Origin: Squalus acanthias
Lineage: Eukaryota
Length of the DNA stretch: 64,000 nt
Reading direction: 5' to 3'
Assembly (NCBI GenBank): GCA_030390025.1
Contig: CM059432.1
Location: 92,382,001-92,446,000, forward strand
The translations under genes were made by a program, and so were the position numbers. Under the pieces are notes generated by a model, which was given only the letters and a program-made list of their open reading frames with translations, searched no databases and was not told the DNA's origin. Below, one piece after another: positions 25,168 to 36,880 of this stretch (its first letter is position 1; every line of letters begins with the position of its first letter).

Positions 25168-26622
25168 GTGAGTCATTCTTAGTGATTTGAAATCTTTGTA
25201 TGGTTCAATCAATGTATCAGGAAGCAGTTTCTCATAACAATTATAAAGAGATGGCAGATCCTATTACAGTAACGAGTACATTTTATGTTTTTAGTGGTAG
25301 TTCAAATGGAGCCATCTTGGCTTCCTTACTGTAGTTCTGCTAATTAACTTGCTCTCAAGAAGTAATCATTCGGTATAGATAACAACTGACCTAAAAGCCC
25401 CTTCTCTTTTCAGTTTAATTATGTGGTAAAACCTGGCAAATTTTACTGTGTAGGATCAAGACGAGCATTAAACTGAACCAAAACTGGGTTAAAACAACTT
25501 GGGCCGATCTGGATAAAGAGAGAAATAAATTGAACTTTCACCCAATTCAGATGGTGACATTTTGTTGGTCGCTATTCATTGTGCCCATTCATAGTCATAA
25601 GGTTCTATTTTCCTTGCCCCAGTGAATGCCCATTTCTCTAGGTACAAAGGTCAGGGGAAAGGGGTAGAGCCCATTTTACCATGTCTCTGCCCCTTTTACG
25701 TAGCCCCAGGATGGCTGGGACCACAGAGCTGGGCCTGCGACTGCAGTAGGAGCCATGTCAATGCACTGGAAGGGGGCATTCTCAGGAAATCCTGGGGCTA
25801 TGTAAAAGTGGCAGAAACTACCCAGCCCCGGGCACTTCCGCTGGACGTTCAGCCTATTTGGCAGGGAGGTGCTTAGATGTGCCCCCAGCGGCCATTTCTG
25901 TGCAAATCACGGGACCTGCCTCAACCCTGAGAACTTTAGTGGGATCAGCACAAGGTGTAGCACAGGTCATCTCAGCACTTGCACTAAGATGCCCGCCCCC
26001 TACAAATTTTCAGGGCCTTTTTGGTTGCTAGAGCTCAGTGATTTAAAGAGTAAGTTTTGCTGAAATTCACTTGCTAAGGTACCAGAGGATGACCATCAGC
26101 TGTAACCCAATATTGTACTTTCAGGGGAGTGAAATAAAAGGTAAAAATCAGAGACACCACTTGTTCATCAAAAGAATCTCATGAGAATGACGAGACCTCA
26201 AACCAAAAACAATTAGAGGTTGAAATGTAACCTATTCAGCTTATTCTTTGAACCTACTTACTCTCTTTCAATGGGCATTTGTTGCCATGCACCCTGTTCC
26301 AGGTGAGAGGAAGGGTGGGCCACAACTGAAGCTGATGCAGTTCCATAATCAATTAATACAAAACAAAATGTCAACTTTTCGTCAGCTGGGGTAGACACCA
26401 GTCACTCAGTGGCTAAGGTGAAATGCACCCAACTGGGGCAGGTGAGTTGAGGTGACGTGCAGATTGAGGCCTCAGCCTTTTCTTCCTTGAGGACAGTAAA
26501 TGTCTTGCTCACATTAGAAACCAATTGTACTTAAATGGCTGTTTTCAATTGATGCAATGATTTGATACAAAATAATTCTGTTGTAAAATGCACGTGTTTA
26601 CATTACATGCAATATTCTCCAG

Positions 26623-26801
26623 ACATGGAAGTTAAACAAATCAACAAGCGTGCCTCAGGTCAGTCCTTTGAGGTGATCTTAAAGCCACCTTCTCCAGAAG
26701 CGGCGCCAGCACTGGACCGCCCTCTGTCACCTCCGAAGAAGAAGGATCTCTCTTTGGATGAGATCCAGAAGAAGCTTGAGGCTGCTGAAGACAGGAGGAA
26801 G
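26623..26801 (+). CDS. STMN2: Neural stathmin coding exon 3: [60 protein letters not shown]
   Basis: ttctccAG acceptor (26621-22) and GTaaaa donor (26802). 179 nt, in frame with exon 2, inside ORF 26562..26840. Contains stathmin motifs [16 protein letters not shown] and KKLEAAE.RRK. Confidence 0.97.
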
Positions 26802-26869
26802 GTAAAAATAATGCTTTGGATCATACCAAATATAATTTAACTTGCAAAAAAATGAAGGGGCTCCCTTGA

Positions 26870-27150
26870 TGACCCTATGTGGTACTGGGCCATACAAGTC
26901 AGAGTTCAGTCTCTGGTCTGCACGGAGTGGGAATGTTACAGCTGCCCCATATGCATATGTGGATGTCAGGTGAGGACAGGATTGGACTGAACTATCATGG
27001 TTCCCATGGTTGAAAGTTCACCGATGCTCACTATCCAGATTCCCACATGAAGAATGGTTATTTGGGGAGGCACTGGAGAGCCATTGGAAATATGAAACTG
27101 TCTCCTAACTGAGGTAGTGCCTTCAGGAGAACAGAGGGAAAATAATTTTT
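26870..27150 (+). mobile_element. Ancient tRNA-related SINE (AmnSINE2-like by recall); other copies at about 37715-37900 and 43425-43690
   Basis: Shared motifs gtgaggacaggattgg, ggttgaatagcc, catgaagaatgg and gccttcaggaga...gggagaaaat recur across three loci. The family name is from memory. Confidence 0.55.
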
Positions 27151-29102
27151 TTAAGTGATATTCTCAGTTAACTCAGATTTTTGACCACATCTATCATGAT
27201 GTTATTTAAAAGTATAACTTCGCAATATCAGTGATATCAGGTACTGTCAGACTCACTTTTTTCTATGAAGTACATGATGCAGATGCTGGAAGATAAGTTG
27301 ATATGTACTGTGTACGCAGGCAAGAGCAGGCCTGTACCGATCGCACGCCTTTCAGTCGATTACTGCCATCCGATTATAGTGTTTTCTGGTTGTCATTTAA
27401 ATCTTCATTAAAATGTTTATATTCAATTCCTTTTGGTACTTGAGACCACTAACTCAAAAGCAACTTCACACAACTCAGGGAAAAGACCTGAGTTTCAGTA
27501 AAATGAGTTCTCAACCATTCTGAGCTTGCCTTTAGTCTTACCCATAACTTACTTATGAATAATGCAGCCCATTCATCATTGCATAATGCTTATGATTATT
27601 ATGAATTTAGGAACAAAAAATACTAATTTCCATTACGCATCAACATATAACACTAATCCTGAGAATAATATTGTATATAATAATTCCACAGTAATGTTTT
27701 GACTGAGAGCTACGTGTTATTGGACCATGCATCACACATAATGAAAAAAAATGAAACCGAACTCATAAATTAAAGTTTGTTGAAGGCCCAATGCAGTAAC
27801 AATTATGACTGAGAAATAGTCTGTGCTACACATTCATGCTGTTCCTTATAATTAGTTTTAATAGCAGAAGCAGTTTTATTATATTCCCAAAGAGATGTGG
27901 CCAAACATTCAGTATTTGTAGCATTTAAAGCCAGTTTACTGTTAATTAAAATCATAAACCAAGATTTTTTTTAAACTAAGCCAATGGCAACAACTTCAGT
28001 GCAATCCATCGAGGACAGCACAATGTTATTGAAGCCACTATTCAATTTATTTGTTATAGCGACACTGCAGAATGGACCTCATTATTCCAAACTCCATTGA
28101 CTTCAATGGAGCATACAATCGGGCGAGGTGTAAAATGGGCATCTGACCCCCTAGATGTCTCGGAGTGAAACTGCTCAATTTGTACCAATTAATGCCAAAT
28201 TAGGTATGGTTTTATGCTGTGTATTTGTGTTCCTGGGAACTGCCTTGTGACCATCCAAAATAATTTCACTTGGGAGACTTAATAGTAAGAAAAATAAATA
28301 AAAAGCCCTTTTTTTATTCATCTGTGAGCTTGGACAGTGAGTTTTGGAAGTCTATTCAATAATGGGGGCATTGCAGACAACTCCAATCTTGTTCTTCCCT
28401 GATATCCTCGTGTATCTGCTTTCCGGCAGGGTTCAATGGATAGCACTCAGGACTGAAAAACTTAGCCTATTTTTCTCCTTCCTAGCCCAAAGAAGATGAG
28501 ACCAACTGATATCCTGCCACCTTTGCAAATCTACATGTTTATCATGAATCGCTCTTTAATAGAAATCATAAACACTCTATGTACAATATACCCCTCACTA
28601 TAACATGACTTTGACTCTCTTCCTCTCGCCCTGTATCTCATGTCACATACAATTTAAGTATTTTTTTTGGTCAGCCAGTTGTCTGAAATATGCAGAATTC
28701 TATTACCCTTCATAAAGATTTCTATAACAAACAAAGAAGAAATCCACATAGGCAGAGTTTCCACTTGCTTGATTTATACACACAAAAACTATCTCTGTAC
28801 CAAGAGTCAAGTAGGATGAATAATACACCAATAGAACATTACAGCTAATGCAATTACCTGATTAGGTCAGGTTCACAATGTTTTCATTCTAATTTGTCAC
28901 ATTAAGTAAGTACATCTTAACGACTGCTTTTGTCATGATTAGCCTTCATGAATACGTGAAAATAGGTCCAGCCCTTGTAGGTAATGTGGCACATCGCATT
29001 TATTATGTAAATGACGATGCGAGATAGATAACTTCGCACAGACTGCCATAATTTGTCAGTGTCAGTTTTAAAAGAACAAGGTTGAATGGTTGAAGGAAAG
29101 CA

Positions 29103-29302
29103 TAAGGATACAGTACCCCTCACTGTAACACATTGTTTATAAGGATACAGCACCCCTCACTGTAACTCATTGTTAAGGATACAGTACTATTGTTTATAAG
29201 GATACAGCACCCCTCACTGTAACTCATTGTTAAGGATACAGTACTATTGTTTATAAGGATACAGTACCCCTCACTGTAACTCACATTGTTTAACAGGATA
29301 CA
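29103..29302. repeat. Minisatellite with higher-order structure (long and short taaggatacag units)
   Basis: Long unit taaggatacagYacccctcactgtaacWcattgtt(ta) and short unit taaggatacagtactattgttta, arranged L-L-S-L-S-L. Confidence 0.9.
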
Positions 29303-29454
29303 TTTCTTCTCACTAACATTTTTATGGCTCCTTTATTATTAGAACCATATAAAACAATATTACTGCAGAACCCTCACATTACAGTGCTCCTGACAACACC
29401 ATTATGTACAGTGAGGCCATAAATTTGGTTCTATTGTAGACTTTAGTACATTTG

Positions 29455-29600
29455 GGGGTAGATTTTCATTTTTACCACTTGGATGTTAAGCATCTCCTGG
29501 GCAGAGCGCAGAAAGATAAATCTACTGGGGAGCATCACACAACAAAACCCACCTGATTCTCCTTCCATTGAAAATTATGGTAAAGACAAAAATCTACCCC
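29455..29600. mobile_element. Hairpin MITE with 12-bp perfect TIR and TTG TSD
   Basis: GGGGTAGATTTT and AAAATCTACCCC, with TTG at 29452-54 and 29601-03. Confidence 0.8.
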
Positions 29601-31980
29601 TTGAAGCTTTACTGTGAGTATTGTTATCGCATATGGGAGTACTAAACACATTCACCAACTAATACATGACAATTTTTTCATTAATTCCATAAGGACAGAT
29701 AAGGATAGTTTTTATGAATCCTCCATGCACCAGGACATGTAGAAAAATCTCGACCACAGATGTTAGCATGTTCCACAATGAAGAGAAAATTCTGCAGGAT
29801 GTGCTAGCTTCCAATAGACCCAACACGTGAAGCTCTGTGCTCTGAGAACAAATTTACAAAATCTACCCTATATATTGTCATAAACAACAAGATGGCAAAC
29901 ATGAAAAGTAGGATGTGAGGATTTCTTGAGGATTTGAAAGTTTCTGGGTTTTTTTTTCCAAAAGACTTTGAAAGAAACTGAATTTTCAAAACTTTTATTT
30001 TGAGCAAATGATAAATTTGCATGAATACATTACAATTGTGGTTGCCTATTAAGAACAGAGGCATTACATGTGAACATAAACTGCGGTATCATGTGAGAGA
30101 CGGCAGTAGGAATGACAACAACTAATCACGGGTTTTTGTTGGTGGTTAGAGACGAAATCAGAGATTGTTTATAGAGAATGACTTAAAAAATATCCAATCA
30201 TCACCTTTGGTTCTATATATTGAGTTAAACAATCTCTCCTGAACCATTTAATAAACTCAAACAATTAATTTTCAGTATTTTGAGGTATTTTTTGTTTATA
30301 GAGATATATGTTCGTTAAAGTCTATATAAATCAGCAAGCTCGATAATAGTGTGCTGTTGGTGCACACCAGGAGTGCATGTCAGGAAATCATGCACCCTCG
30401 GGCCAAGATTTTCTGTCCATTAATTTTAACAAGCAGAAAATTTATGCTCAAGTGTTAAAGGTAAGAACAGAAAGATGGGAACTGGCAGACAATGGGAAAA
30501 TGGTAGTGAGGGTTTAACCTGCAGGAACATGTGGAGGGTGAGGGCCTGATGGTTCAGAAAAGGGCAATGGCAGTATGGGTCCCATTTTCCTTGGGTCCCT
30601 CACCACCACAAGGGTGTTGGGCCCTGTTCCACCCAATACTGGCTCTTCCCAGCAAGCCCCAATGCTCCAAAGCTCTTCTGAGTCCTACTAGACCTTACCA
30701 TCTCTCTTCTCAGACTCCCGATTTCCCTCTGCCCCCCACTCCTAGATCCTGTGACACCCATCTCTCAGTGCTAAAATCATCTGGATGGCATTCCCTAATC
30801 CCATAACCATCCCCAATGCTCTCGGATCTTAAACATTCCCTCCGCAATGCTCTAGGTCCCAAGACCCCTCCCAGCAATTCCAGGTCCAAGGACCTGCCCT
30901 AATGTTCCTAGAATCTCCCTCTCCAATATTTAACGAACCTTGGGAACCCCCTCCTTGTGCTCTCAGACCCTGGAAGCCCAACTCAAAGTACTTCTAGACC
31001 CTGATACCCCATCCCAATATTGCCACATCCCAGGGCCAGCCCTAGTGCTGATGAGTATTGGACCTGGTAATACTACTTTGCATAATATTCCTGTTCTTAT
31101 AAAACCTCTGATTCATTATGAGGAATGCCACAGGAGATCTATTAGTCTGTTACATAAACATAGAGAACCAGAACACTTGAGTAGTGAGACTGTCAAACCA
31201 ATCATCAATTCAACAGCAATACTAATCAAAGTACTTGTTAGCATCAAGGATCCCAAGTACCATACAACACAGGTTAGATGGGGAATAAAGCTCCCTCTAT
31301 TCAATTCTGCTTAGTCAAGTACTTCCAAATCATGGATAACATGAGTTAAATATAGAGTTAAAAAAAATCTACACCCCCCAGTCCATGATTTTCCTACCAG
31401 GAGCACCGAAGCAGAAACTCCCAGCCTAGGAGTTTGTCAACAACTGAAGTAAAAACTGGCTTATAATTTCCCAGTTTATCCCTGTCTCCTTTTTTGAAGG
31501 TGGGGGTCATATTTGATGGTTTATGCTGTTTTCCTGGAGTTTCCATGGCTCTTCCACTGAAGTTACAGCAGACAAGCAGGAGAATCCCTGAGGAATTCAC
31601 CTCCACTATTTATTTAGTATTTCTGCTACTACCTCACTCTCCACTATAAACCCCCCACTTCATCTTTTAGCAGTCCTACCTTTATCTTGACTATCCTTTT
31701 ACTATAAATATTCCTATAGAGAGCAGTTTTATTGCCCTCTGTTTCTCTCTCTCTCTCTTCATAGTCTCTCTTTTTGCAGCTTTCCTATATTCTTTGTCCT
31801 TCCTTCCGTTTTTATTACCTGATAATCTTTCTATTCACCAGCCCTTTAACCAAACTCCTTTTGTTTTCCTTCTTAGAATATCCTTGATTTTCACTCTTTC
31901 CATCTCCTGTTGAAATATTTCCCATCGCTGTTCTGTTTACTAATTTTCCTTCCGTTTAATCTAGACAAGGTCCACTTTTA

Positions 31981-32522
31981 GGGGGGAGTTTTTATCTAAA
32001 AAAACGGGTGGGTTTGGAGCGTGGGGGTAGTTAAATTGTTAAAAATCGGAACCCGCTTCCAACCCACCCATTTCCAGTTTTAACGGAGAAAGGACGGGGG
32101 GCTGCGGGAAGGGGGCGGGCAGCCAATCCGCTGCCAGGATGCGGGATATCAATTTAAATATTACAGTTAGGCTGGAAGCCTCTTCTTTAACCACCACTTT
32201 GTTTTTAACTCTATCTGGTTGGGTTTTACACACTTTGTAAAACCCGGCAGCTACAGCAAGGCGGGGACTGCTACATCCAGGAGGTACGTGCCTTTATGCC
32301 TACCTCCTGGATCCAGGGTCCCTCCCTAGCCCACCCCCCACGATTGGAGACCCCCTCATCAGGCCTCCGATCGCCTTCTCGAAGCCCCACCCACTAGATT
32401 ATCGGGCTTCAGATGCAAATCATGCCCTGTCATTAAAGTCGGCAGGGCCTGCGGGAAACTCATTCTCCCAGGTTTCCTGCCCACCCCCCCCCCCACCCCA
32501 CCTTCTCCACGAAAATCCAGCC
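31981..32522. mobile_element. GC-rich Harbinger-like element inserted in an old CR1 remnant (about 31420-32650)
   Basis: Collinear with 14642 and 56012, inverted relative to 52316, ends gaaaatccagcc. Confidence 0.8.
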
Positions 32523-33057
32523 ATTAATCTCCATATAATTTGCTTTTTGGCAATCAAATCTTTGACTTTTCTTTTTCCTTTTCTATTCTCACAAAGAACC
32601 TAATTATATTGTGACCACTGCTTCCCAAGTGATGAAATGGTGTATTTTGATTTTTTTTTAATTCTCTCATCATGTTGCCTTCATAAACAGATGAAAATGA
32701 TTTTTCCCAAACAGCTTTTGATGAAAAGGACATCTCTTTAATGAGCTTGTAATTATGGATGGAGTTGAATCAGTTTATTTACAGATGGATTTGTTAGCTT
32801 ATTCATTTTTTTTTAAAGAGAACATTCATTCCCTTGAGTTATTTTGCTTTCTACACTTCTGTGATAGTGTCCTGCAGTAACTAATAACACTCGTTTTCTA
32901 ATCTGTACACTGATGTTTCTGCAAGAGTAAGCTATATAATCAGAATACTTAATAAATCACTCGGTGAGTCACACACATAAAATATGGTTTGATCATTTTA
33001 AAAGGAAACGAGAACTGAATCCTATATCTTGTAGCACTTTGCAGGATTATTTCAATG

Positions 33058-33078
33058 ACACACACACACACACACACA
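33058..33078. repeat. (CA)n microsatellite about 50 nt upstream of exon 4
   Basis: About 10 CA units are directly visible. Confidence 0.9.
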
Positions 33079-33128
33079 GTGTGCCAAGCAGAGCTGCGAA
33101 AGCCTCATATATTTTCTGTTGTCTGCAG

Positions 33129-33320
33129 TCCCAGGAGGCTCAGGTTCTGAAGCAGCTTGCAGAAAAGAGAGAGCACGAGCGAGAGGTCTTGCAAAAGGCC
33201 ATGGAAGAGAATAATAATTTCAGCAGGACTGCAGAGGAAAAACTGATCTTAAAGATGGAACTGAACAAGGAAAACCGCGAGGCTCATTTAGCTGCTCTTA
33301 TGGAACGTCTCCGCGAGAGG
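33129..33320 (+). CDS. STMN2: Neural stathmin coding exon 4: tubulin-binding coiled coil [64 protein letters not shown]
   Basis: gtctgcAG acceptor (33127-28) and GTaaat donor (33321). 192 nt, phase 0-0, inside ORF 32964..33344. Contains the [10 protein letters not shown] stathmin signature. Confidence 0.97.
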
Positions 33321-33377
33321 GTAAATACCAAGCAAAGGATTTGATTGTTGCCATCTACATCTACCATTTCACTCATT

Positions 33378-33519
33378 GGGGGCGGGAATGTAACGGAGTG
33401 GATCGGCCGCACATTGTAGAACTCGTCTGATTTTCATCCCATTGTGATGAGTTGTATAATGGGTGGGCAATCCACTCCGCCACATTACAGCCCAGGTGGT
33501 GAAGTTGAAAATTGCCCCC
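33378..33519. mobile_element. Decayed hairpin MITE just downstream of exon 4
   Basis: Inverted arms cggagtggat/atccactccg, right end gaaaattgccccc. Confidence 0.65.
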
Positions 33520-33739
33520 ACTGTATCCCATTCTCTATGTCTGTCTGTCTGTCTATTGTTAATTTTGCTCATATCTAAATTCAAATACCTTACAACAATT
33601 TTTAAAAAGCTTTGCCATCTTTGAACAAAAATGTAATCCTTTTAATGATATTATCACTGGTACATGTGTTCATATATTTCAGGAGGTTATCCATTCCATA
33701 TCATGTCCTCATAAAATGTTGCTTCACATTCATATTTAT

Positions 33740-34330
33740 TCAACAATTTACATTTATACAGCACCTTTCACATAACAGACAGCCCAAGGCACTTTACAGA
33801 AAGGTGGAAGAAACAGAGCAGGAAGTTGTAGAGACATTATGGAAGGCGATCAAAGCCATGTTTAAAGAGGAAGACTTCGACCAGAATTTGAAGGTGGGGT
33901 GGGAGGTGACAGGACAGAATAGTTTAAGCAGAGAGTGCGGGGCCGTAGTGCCTGAAGGCTCTTCCATCAATGGTAGAGCAGAAGAAAGAGTGGGGGACAT
34001 GCTGCAGACCGGAGGCAGAAAAAAGCAGTGTGTTTTCTAGAATGAAGGGCTGGAGAAGATTGCCCAGGTAGGTTGGAACATGCCATGGACAATTTTGAAA
34101 ACTAAGATGATTTTAAAGCTGATTTTTAAATCGGTGGGCAGACAATGGAAGACAGCAAGGACTGGTGTAGAGATTCCGTACAGGATAGGATACGAATGGC
34201 AAGAGTTCTGGCTGCATTGGAGTTTATGTAGGGTGAAGCTTGGGAGGCCAGCATGGAGAGTGTTTGAGAAGTCAAGGTAATAAAGACATGCATGATAGTT
34301 GCGATGGCAGTCGATTATGGAATTCAGATG
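33740..34330 (-). mobile_element. Old decayed L2 fragment
   Basis: Tail caacaatttacatttatacagcacc...cccaaggcactttaca and degenerate gggaggccagc..gagagtgtttgagaagtcaag. Confidence 0.65.
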
Positions 34331-35832
34331 AATGGCAATCTCAAGAAAGTTGTAAAACTGTGATTGGGTAAAGTAAACAGCCCGGACTGTCTATCAATCC
34401 GAACTGGAGGACTGGCTGGAAAAGGAAGAGATGGCTGCCTACTGCTGGTAGTATTTGTATTAATAGAGAATATTTTGGAAGGTCTATTAAAATTGATCAG
34501 TTAAGACCTCTGTCTCGCTAATGACACCTCTGGTACTAACTGTTCCTCATTGTGTTGCTCTGATAATGTGTGCTGCTTTTGTGCATCTTATGTAGTGGAG
34601 TACCAAAGAACTAATGAGGAGCTGGATTTTCCTTTTCTAAACCTCCTGATATTGGGTGGTTTTGTGGTGTTAAAGCGAGGGGGAAAAAAAGAGCTTGTGC
34701 ACCCAGCCCCAACAAATGCGCATCAGAATCTTTCACCCAGAAAATCACCATTCACCATTACCGTCAACCCTGCCATAAACAAATTGGTGGCTGTGACCAA
34801 GCTCGCAATTTCCCCAATTTAGCAGCCAAACCCATGATCCGGAAATACTGCCAGTATATCAGTCCCTGTGCTGGATACCACATTGAGGAGGCCATTGTTG
34901 GAAATCTTTATCGCACATTTCTGGAGATTTATTTGGATGGCAACTTTTGGTTGTGGCTCTTGGGAGTTACACTGTAAAGATCACCTGCCATTTACAAAGT
35001 ATTGTGGGGAATTAAAGTTTTGGAGTGGAGAGATGAATTCCCAATGGTAATCACTCTCTTCCTATGTCTATGAAAATGCTTGTTTTCATCACATCAATAC
35101 CCATTCCATTAGGTTTATAGATTTTTCCATGAAGCAATTCATTAAAAGGCTGCACATTCTGTGACATTCTCCAGGATGTCTGCAGGCACTGGCAAACTTC
35201 CAGTATAGTGTTACTGATGTGGGTAATGGACTCCTCCAACCTACCCACTATCTCCACTGCCCGAACATGGGATCGATCTTCCATGATCATTTGTCTTTTG
35301 AAAACTGGGTCCCTGAGACCTGGGTCTCTAGGCTCTTCAACTAAAGGCAATCCTTTCTCCCGGAGATATAGCTGGCTCTTCCTCTTCCCCTCCCAGCTCC
35401 AGTACTCCCACTCTGCAGTAGCTCCTCTCTCTCACTATCTACATTCCCCCATGTGGATATATCTGGCCTAATGCTGGAATGAATATGGTGCCATGATGGA
35501 GTGGGTGAGGATGCTGCCTGAGTAGTTGCAATGGAGCTGCAGGCTGCTCATCAGATGCTTCATCTTCAATGCCTGCTGCACCTGGAAGGGTAACAACGGA
35601 CGGTAGGCAATCCACACCATTACCAAGCTTCCACTACCTCCCCTGTTTGTCTACCAAGAGCTGAATAGTTTAAGGGCCTGATCGTTGCCGCTTCTTCCCA
35701 CCTCACCACCACCGCCCCAGCCCCCCCGACCCCACCCCCACTATAGCACTTCTTTACTGCTAATTGTGGGTGGCCATTTCATTTGCAAGGAGAATACTGA
35801 CCGAGTAAGGCAACTGATTGGCTCAGCATTTA

Positions 35833-36208
35833 GTGGTCGATTTTAACCCGCCCCCCCACCCCCGCCCAGCGGGAACGGTGTGGGCAGGGGGTAAGATGGC
35901 GGGAGGAGTTCACGCCACATTCCTGACACATTTCCACCCCTCACCATTTTTACTTATCTGTCTTCAGGCACAGGAAGGCTGCCTGCCCCAGAGGAGCAGG
36001 GGCCTAATTTAAATGGCAGTTTTGCACGCCGATGGTGTCATCAGTGACCTCATTCCCTCCAGCTTCAGTCGGGAGTCAGAAATGTAGCTCGAGCACGAGG
36101 CCTGGGAGTTAAAATCTCCTGAGCCCCATGCTCCGAAGGGGTCAATGGTTCGCTGCCCGCTTCAGCCCTCGCATTTCCCGATTCCCGTCCCGAGTTAAAA
36201 TCGACCCT
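35833..36208. mobile_element. MITE with 15-bp TIR and perfect TTA TSD (PIF/Harbinger signature)
   Basis: GTGGTCGATTTTAAC and GTTAAAATCGACCCT, with TTA at 35830-32 and 36209-11. Confidence 0.88.
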
Positions 36209-36344
36209 TTAATATTGCCCAGGTGTTGGCAGATATACTATGTTGAGAATGCTTTCAGGTGCAGGGTATGTATCAATCGCTTTTCACTGTAACACTGCCA
36301 CACTTGGTTGGAGTGGGGTACGGCACAGCAGTATCATGGAATCG

Positions 36345-36880
36345 GGGAACATAGGAAGAAAATAGGAACAGCCCCTCGAGCCTGTTCCGCCATTCATTTA
36401 GATCATGGCTGATCTGTATCTTCATCTACCCGCCTTGGTTCCTTAGCCCTTAATACCTTTGCCTAATGAAAAATCGATCAATCTCAATTTTGACATTTTC
36501 AATTGACCCCCAGCCTCAACAGTTTTTTGGGGGAGAGAGTTCCAGATTTCCACTACCCTTTGTGTGAAGTGCTTCCTGACATCACCTCTGAACGGCCGAG
36601 CTCTAATTTTAAGGTTATACCCCCTTGTTCTGGACTCCACCTGTTGCTCTCTATCTAATCCTTTAATCATTGAACACCTCAATTAGATCACCCCTTATTC
36701 TTCTATACTCATGGGAATACAAGCCTAGTCTATGTAACCTATCCTCATAATTTAACCCTTTGAGCCCCGGTACCATTCTGGTGAATCTGTGCTGCACCCC
36801 CTCCAAGGTCAATATATCCTTCATGAGGAGCAGTGCCCAGAACTGAACGCAGTACTCCAGATACGGTCTCACCGGAGTTT
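36345..36880 (-). mobile_element. CR1 LINE 3' fragment
   Basis: ORFs 36663..36872 (RPYLEYCVQFW) and 36443..36682 (FTQRVVEIWNSLP), with a gaacatagga tail. Confidence 0.9.

Noticed and set aside
26562..26840. ORF-track 92-aa ORF as a stand-alone gene
   Set aside because: Only 26623-26801 is stathmin-like, and it is bounded by AG/GT. The flanks are intron read-through. The same applies to ORF 32964..33344.
29103..29302. CRISPR-like array
   Set aside because: There are no unique spacers and no cas genes, and the context is eukaryotic. It is a minisatellite.
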